From positions 1 to 46,263 of the forward strand of contig CAZAPV010000001.1 in the NCBI GenBank assembly GCA_964487195.1: a stretch of DNA of 46,263 nucleotides. Reading direction: 5' to 3'. Position numbers and translations under genes: made by a program. How positions within the stretch are numbered: the stretch's first letter is position 1; every line of letters begins with the position of its first letter. Below the pieces are notes generated by a model. The model had not been told where the DNA came from, did no database searches, and was given only the letters and a program-made list of their open reading frames with translations. The DNA is from an uncultured Gammaproteobacteria bacterium (lineage in GTDB: Bacteria; Patescibacteriota; Patescibacteriia; SG8-24). This document shows positions 42,927 to 46,263 of the stretch, piece after piece.

Positions 42927-42953
42927 AGAGCCAGACGAACGTCGTCCGGCTCT
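42927..42953 (-). terminator. Intercistronic stem-loop (partial terminator or processing site) between the surface-protein and sortase genes
   Basis: 11-bp stem AGAGCCGGACG, loop ACGUU, CGUCUGGCUCU (one G.U pair). Followed by a weak U-tract and then the sortase SD. Confidence 0.5.
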
Positions 42954-42993
42954 CTTCTTTCTCTCTTCTTTACGAATTCTTCTCAATGATCGA

Positions 42994-44823
42994 CTACGCG
43001 GTCTGTTTTTTCCGGATGACGTAGAGGAGGAGCGAAGCCGCGAAGATGCCGGCCGCGGCGATACCCCATCCGAGGGCGCCTCCTGCAGAGGCAAAACCCG
43101 TTTTCGGCAGTGCCGGGGCGGCGGCCACGACGACGGTCGCGATCGCGAAGTCTCTCACGGTGAAACCGTTCGCTTCGCCGCTCACGCTTGCGGTGTTGGT
43201 TGTGGTCGCAGTGAGATTCTTCTTGCAGGTGTACGTCCACGTCTCGGTGGTATCAAGCTTCGAGTCCCCGTTCGTATCGCCGGAAATGCGCGTCATCGGG
43301 CTGCACTTGTCATCAGTGAGAATGACGTTGCTCAATGCCACGGTTCCCGGGTTGGTGACTTTTTCGGTGTAAGTGACCATCCCACCTCCGGCGAGCAGCG
43401 TCAACGGGCTCGGAACTTTCGTCACATGGATCAAAGGCGGCACGAGCGGAATGCCGACGACGACCGTCGCGCTGGCGATATCCGCCGCGCTGATGCCGTT
43501 GGCCCAGCCGGTCGCGACGACGTTGTTGGTGTGCGTCTCCGAGAGCGTCGTGGAGCAGCGGTAGGTCCATGTCTCAGACACATCGAGCTTGCCGTCGGAA
43601 TTGGCGTCGCCGGAAACAAAGACAGGGCTGCAGGAATCGTCGACCACGGTGACATTGGACATCGAGACCGTTCCGACGTTGCGAACCGTGTACGTGTACG
43701 TCACCGAACCAGGACCTGCGGGCAGAGCCAAGGGGTTCGGTACTTTCACCACGTCGATGAGCGGCGGGACGGGCGGGACGACCACGGGCGCGCCGATGTC
43801 GTTATTCGTGACGATGCAGAACTTGTTGTCGCCCGGATTGAGGTTCAGACCGCCGTTGATGTCGCAATCGCCGGAGAATGTCCGCGTGTAGTGGGAATCG
43901 GAAGTTTCAGTCACGTCATAACGACCGGCAGGCGCAGGGAAACTGTTGGTCACGCCGGAGGCGACCGGCGTACCGTTGACGAACAGCGGGAAGTCGGCGA
44001 CGGTCTTGGTTCCGCCATTGTCGTTGATCACCGTTTTGACGACGGTGATCGTCCCAACATGTGATCCACTGGATGGGGGCGGCGGGACCGTACATGTCGG
44101 TACGGTAATGACGACATCGGCATCAGGAGTGGTAACCGTGTGGCCGAATGTCAAGGCTCTTCCGGTCCAATTCGTAGTGCTGAGAACCGTAATATTCTGT
44201 GATACGGGAATGACGGTTCCAATGAAAGTGGAGTTGGCATTAAGCGTCGTGGCACCGTTTGGAGTCCAAAATACATCGCAAGCCGATGCGCCTGGGCCCA
44301 AGTGAACCACTGAACCGGCTACCGCATTAAGCGCGTCGCCGCTCCTGAAGATATAGGTCCCCGCGCCGCTAAGAGTGATTCCGCCCGCCGTTCCGATAGA
44401 CATGGCGCCCGTGCTGCAGTACACGCCAGGTCCATACGTCGGACTGTGTTCAAGGGTGGTATCGAGAACGACTGCGGGAGCAACGAAAGTGAATGTGCAC
44501 GGTTGACTATTCAAATTAGCCAAAGCAGTGGCCTGCGCCGTGCCTGCCGAGGAATAGTTGCCGCCGGTTCCGTAATTAGGGTACGTGCCTGAAGGACGGG
44601 GCAGAGGCAAAGGAGTGACTCCCCCCGCTGTGGTAAATCCCACATCTCCGTTGATGGTGGTGGGGCCTGTCGGGTTAGAGTAAGTATCCGAAAGAACGCC
44701 ATAGGTTGCCGCCGCCCCGAGAGATGGCGTTGTTGCCGCGAGCGCGGCGATCGGTCCGGCCAGACCGAATACTAAAGAGACGGCCGCTACAACTCCCGAA
44801 ATTCTTTTAAAAATTTTATACAT
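42994..44823 (-). CDS. LPXTG-anchored surface protein: ice-binding-like (DUF3494) head + prealbumin-like domain + 2 DUF11-like repeats
   Basis: Signal peptide (...GPIAALA). LGAAATYGVLSDTYSNPTGPTTINGDVGF and ACDVFWTPNGATTLNANSTFIGTV..GRALTFGHTVT are DUF3494-like. C-terminal LPKTG (43096-43110) + TM + RKKQTA. Confidence 0.85.
   Translation of the reverse strand: MYKIFKRISGVVAAVSLVFGLAGPIAALAATTPSLGAAATYGVLSDTYSNPTGPTTINGDVGFTTAGGVTPLPLPRPSGTYPNYGTGGNYSSAGTAQATALANLNSQPCTFTFVAPAVVLDTTLEHSPTYGPGVYCSTGAMSIGTAGGITLSGAGTYIFRSGDALNAVAGSVVHLGPGASACDVFWTPNGATTLNANSTFIGTVIPVSQNITVLSTTNWTGRALTFGHTVTTPDADVVITVPTCTVPPPPSSGSHVGTITVVKTVINDNGGTKTVADFPLFVNGTPVASGVTNSFPAPAGRYDVTETSDSHYTRTFSGDCDINGGLNLNPGDNKFCIVTNNDIGAPVVVPPVPPLIDVVKVPNPLALPAGPGSVTYTYTVRNVGTVSMSNVTVVDDSCSPVFVSGDANSDGKLDVSETWTYRCSTTLSETHTNNVVATGWANGISAADIASATVVVGIPLVPPLIHVTKVPSPLTLLAGGGMVTYTEKVTNPGTVALSNVILTDDKCSPMTRISGDTNGDSKLDTTETWTYTCKKNLTATTTNTASVSGEANGFTVRDFAIATVVVAAAPALPKTGFASAGGALGWGIAAAGIFAASLLLYVIRKKQTA
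43126..43767 (-). repeat. Two tandem ~105-aa coding repeats (DUF11-like), 43456-43767 and 43126-43440
   Basis: PPLIDVVKVPNPL...ETWTYRC...ATVVV versus PPLIHVTKVPSPL...ETWTYTC...ATVVV; roughly 55-60% aa identity counted by eye. Confidence 0.85.
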
Positions 44824-44872
44824 ATCTTGTGGTGGCCACTCTGACCCTAAGACTAAGAAAATAATTACTTAT

Positions 44873-44881
44873 AGAATAGCA
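44873..44881 (-). promoter_or_regulatory. Extended -10 element TGcTATTCT upstream of the surface-protein gene
   Basis: Minus strand TGC-TATTCT (44881-44873), about 50 nt upstream of ATG 44823. The C8 run occupies the -35 position. Confidence 0.4.
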
Positions 44882-44895
44882 CGTTCTCGTTGGCA

Positions 44896-44903
44896 GGGGG
44901 GGG
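44896..44903. repeat. Homopolymeric G8/C8 tract in a divergent promoter region
   Basis: ggcaGGGGGGGGtgg, the only long homopolymer G/C run I noticed in an intergenic region of this window. Confidence 0.9.
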
Positions 44904-44981
44904 TGGATAACTCACAACTCATTATTTTTTGGTGTATACTGATTCTAGATTTAACATTCGTAATGAAACTCTGCGTACTCT

Positions 44982-45338
44982 ATGGATTCATCTAATTCCC
45001 CGACAACCAAGCCTCTCTACCGCGGCACTCAAATCGTCTGGTATATTCTCGGACTTCTCGAAGTGCTCTTGGCATTTCGTTTCGTCTTAAAATTATTGGG
45101 CGCAAATCCCGCTGCCGGCTTTACCGCTTTTATTTACGGGGTAACGTATATTTTTACCGCGCCGTTTCTTTCCGTCTTCCGCATTTCGCAGGTTGCGGGC
45201 AGCGTCTTTGAATGGACAACGCTTCTGGCGATGCTGGTGTACTGGCTCTTGGCTGTCGCCATCATAAAATTATTCCGCATGGGCAAAACCGTGTCGACGC
45301 CCGAAGCCGCGGCTAAATTAAACGAACAGGAAAAATAA
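44982..45338 (+). CDS. YggT-family membrane protein
   Basis: 118 aa. IVWYILGLLEVLLAFRFVLKLLGANP...FIYGVTYIFTAPF resembles YggT repeats. AT-rich third codon positions. Confidence 0.6.
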   Translation: MDSSNSPTTKPLYRGTQIVWYILGLLEVLLAFRFVLKLLGANPAAGFTAFIYGVTYIFTAPFLSVFRISQVAGSVFEWTTLLAMLVYWLLAVAIIKLFRMGKTVSTPEAAAKLNEQEK

Positions 45339-45342
45339 ATCT

Positions 45343-45588
45343 ATGGGGATTCTTCTTTGGATACTCTTCGGCGCATTGGTCGGACTCGTGGCATCCATGG
45401 TGATGGGCGGCGGCGGAGGATTGCTCTGGGATGTGATCGTCGGCATCGTCGGGGCCGTCATCGGCGGATTCCTCATGAGCCTGATCGGGAAAAGCGGAGT
45501 AGGCGGTTTCAACCTCTACAGTTTTCTCGTCGCCCTTTTGGGCGCCTGCGTGCTCATCGCCATCGTGCGCGCCTTGCGGCGCGGCTAG
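45343..45588 (+). CDS. GlsB/YeaQ/YmgE-family (transglycosylase-associated) small membrane protein
   Basis: 81 aa. ILLWILFGALVGLVAS...DVIVGIVGAVIGGFL. Confidence 0.8.
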   Translation: MGILLWILFGALVGLVASMVMGGGGGLLWDVIVGIVGAVIGGFLMSLIGKSGVGGFNLYSFLVALLGACVLIAIVRALRRG

Positions 45589-45595
45589 TCATCCG

Positions 45596-46084
45596 TTATT
45601 TCGTCGGCGCCGTTTCACCGACGGCCTCGTCTGCCATGTCGGCATCGGCGTCGGCTTTGGTTTTGTGGATGCGGCCATCGATGTGATTCGGCGGCGCGTA
45701 GACGGTGTAAATTTTGAGGTCTTCGGCGCCGGTATTCTTGAAATTGTGCTTGGTGCCGGGGGTCACGACGACGACATCGCCGGGACCGACCGGGAAGGTC
45801 TTGTCATCAAGCACGGCCTCGCCCGTTCCTGAAAGAAAGAAAAGCGTCTGCTCGGTGTATTTATGCGTTTCCTCCCCGACCTCACCGCCGGGCGGGATGT
45901 TCATAATAACCAGCTGGCTGTTCGAGCCGGTGTGCAAGACGCGCCGGAAATATCCGTTCTCTTGCGTCTCCTTGATGATGTTCGTGTGGTAGCTCATAGG
46001 GATCTTAGCCGCGGTTTTCGAAGATGTCGCGCATCCCGCGCCGATGAGCAGGAGGCCCGCAAGAAGAATGAGGATGCGTTTCAT
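45596..46084 (-). CDS. Secreted/lipoprotein cupin-domain protein
   Basis: Signal MKRILILLAGLLLIGAGC. Cupin motifs PPGGEVGEETHKYTEQTLFFLSG and PGTKHNFKNTG. Confidence 0.8.
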   Translation of the reverse strand: MKRILILLAGLLLIGAGCATSSKTAAKIPMSYHTNIIKETQENGYFRRVLHTGSNSQLVIMNIPPGGEVGEETHKYTEQTLFFLSGTGEAVLDDKTFPVGPGDVVVVTPGTKHNFKNTGAEDLKIYTVYAPPNHIDGRIHKTKADADADMADEAVGETAPTK

Positions 46085-46114
46085 AGATTTAGATTATTTT
46101 TATTGGGCAGGCGC

Positions 46115-46123
46115 ATCATACCA
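46115..46123 (-). promoter_or_regulatory. Extended -10 element TGgTATGAT upstream of the cupin gene
   Basis: Minus strand TGG-TATGAT (46123-46115), about 30 nt before ATG 46084. Confidence 0.4.
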
Positions 46124-46152
46124 CGGATCCGGGCATCAAGGCGGCGCAACAG

Positions 46153-46182
46153 AAAAACCGGTGGCAAACGCCACCGGTTTTT
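46153..46182 (-). terminator. Rho-independent terminator directly after tRNA-Trp
   Basis: AAAAA-CCGGTGGC, loop AAAC, GCCACCGG-TTTTT. Perfect 8-bp stem starting 6 nt past the tRNA CCA end. Confidence 0.8.
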
Positions 46183-46183
46183 C

Positions 46184-46257
46184 TGGCAGGGGCGGTAGGA
46201 ATCGAACCTACGCAAGCGGTTTTGGAGACCGCTGTACTACCATTATACGACGCCCCC
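46184..46257 (-). tRNA. tRNA-Trp (anticodon CCA), 3' CCA encoded
   Basis: Acceptor GGGGGCG/CGCCCCT (G1.U72), anticodon arm GCGGT-CTCCAAA-ACCGC, T-arm GTAGG-TTCGATT-CCTAC, discriminator G. Confidence 0.9.
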
Positions 46258-46263
46258 GTAATG

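Noticed and set aside
1-46263. Search for CRISPR arrays, transposases, integrases, phage modules, toxin-antitoxin pairs, rRNA or known defence systems
   Set aside because: None was recognisable on either strand. The only nuclease-like accessory gene (TM0106 RecB-like) has no adjacent partners typical of known defence systems. No spaced direct-repeat arrays or terminal inverted repeats were seen.

Overview
High-GC (about two-thirds G+C by eye), gene-dense bacterial chromosomal segment with about 50 supportable CDS and 4 tRNAs (Gln-UUG, Gly-CCC, Thr-CGU, Trp-CCA). Most genes sit in long minus-strand operons that overlap by 1-8 nt (ATGA/TGATG junctions) and end at hairpin+T-tract terminators, several of them bidirectional. 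Content from left to right: a copper module (copA plus an HMA-TauE/DsbD_2-cupredoxin fusion); ftsEX; a MurE-like ligase/bPH_2/FtsB-like/parvulin operon; an S1 protease plus a CDP-alcohol phosphatidyltransferase; tandem TrmB regulators; GT4 divergent from an ADP-ribosylglycohydrolase; a GT2-GT2-DUF4012-mreB operon; a wHTH/short TsaB-like/methyltransferase operon; a 679-aa membrane protein; isolated rplJL with a structured leader; archaeal-type pyrH; xseAB; a mutY-like gene; pgi; a PP2C phosphatase; a TM0106-type RecB-like nuclease; dus; an MFS operon; and a sortase operon encoding an LPKTG-anchored ice-binding-like (DUF3494) repeat protein. I saw no rRNA, CRISPR array, transposase, integrase or phage genes. 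Long Arg/Gly/Asp-rich ORFs antisense to real genes are high-GC artefacts. The best candidates for something new are (i) the surface-protein/sortase/HExxH-protein operon, whose adhesin head lies in a low-GC3 block with a poly-G tract in the divergent promoter; (ii) mreB co-transcribed with DUF4012 and two GT2 enzymes, with no mreCD; (iii) recurrent leaderless or near-leaderless starts and extended -10 promoters; and (iv) the rplJ leader/attenuator and a terminator-like hairpin abutting the pyrH start. The gene content suggests a small-genome, possibly CPR/Patescibacteria-like lineage. That lineage call is inference only. All homology calls come from motifs recognised by eye, not from database searches.
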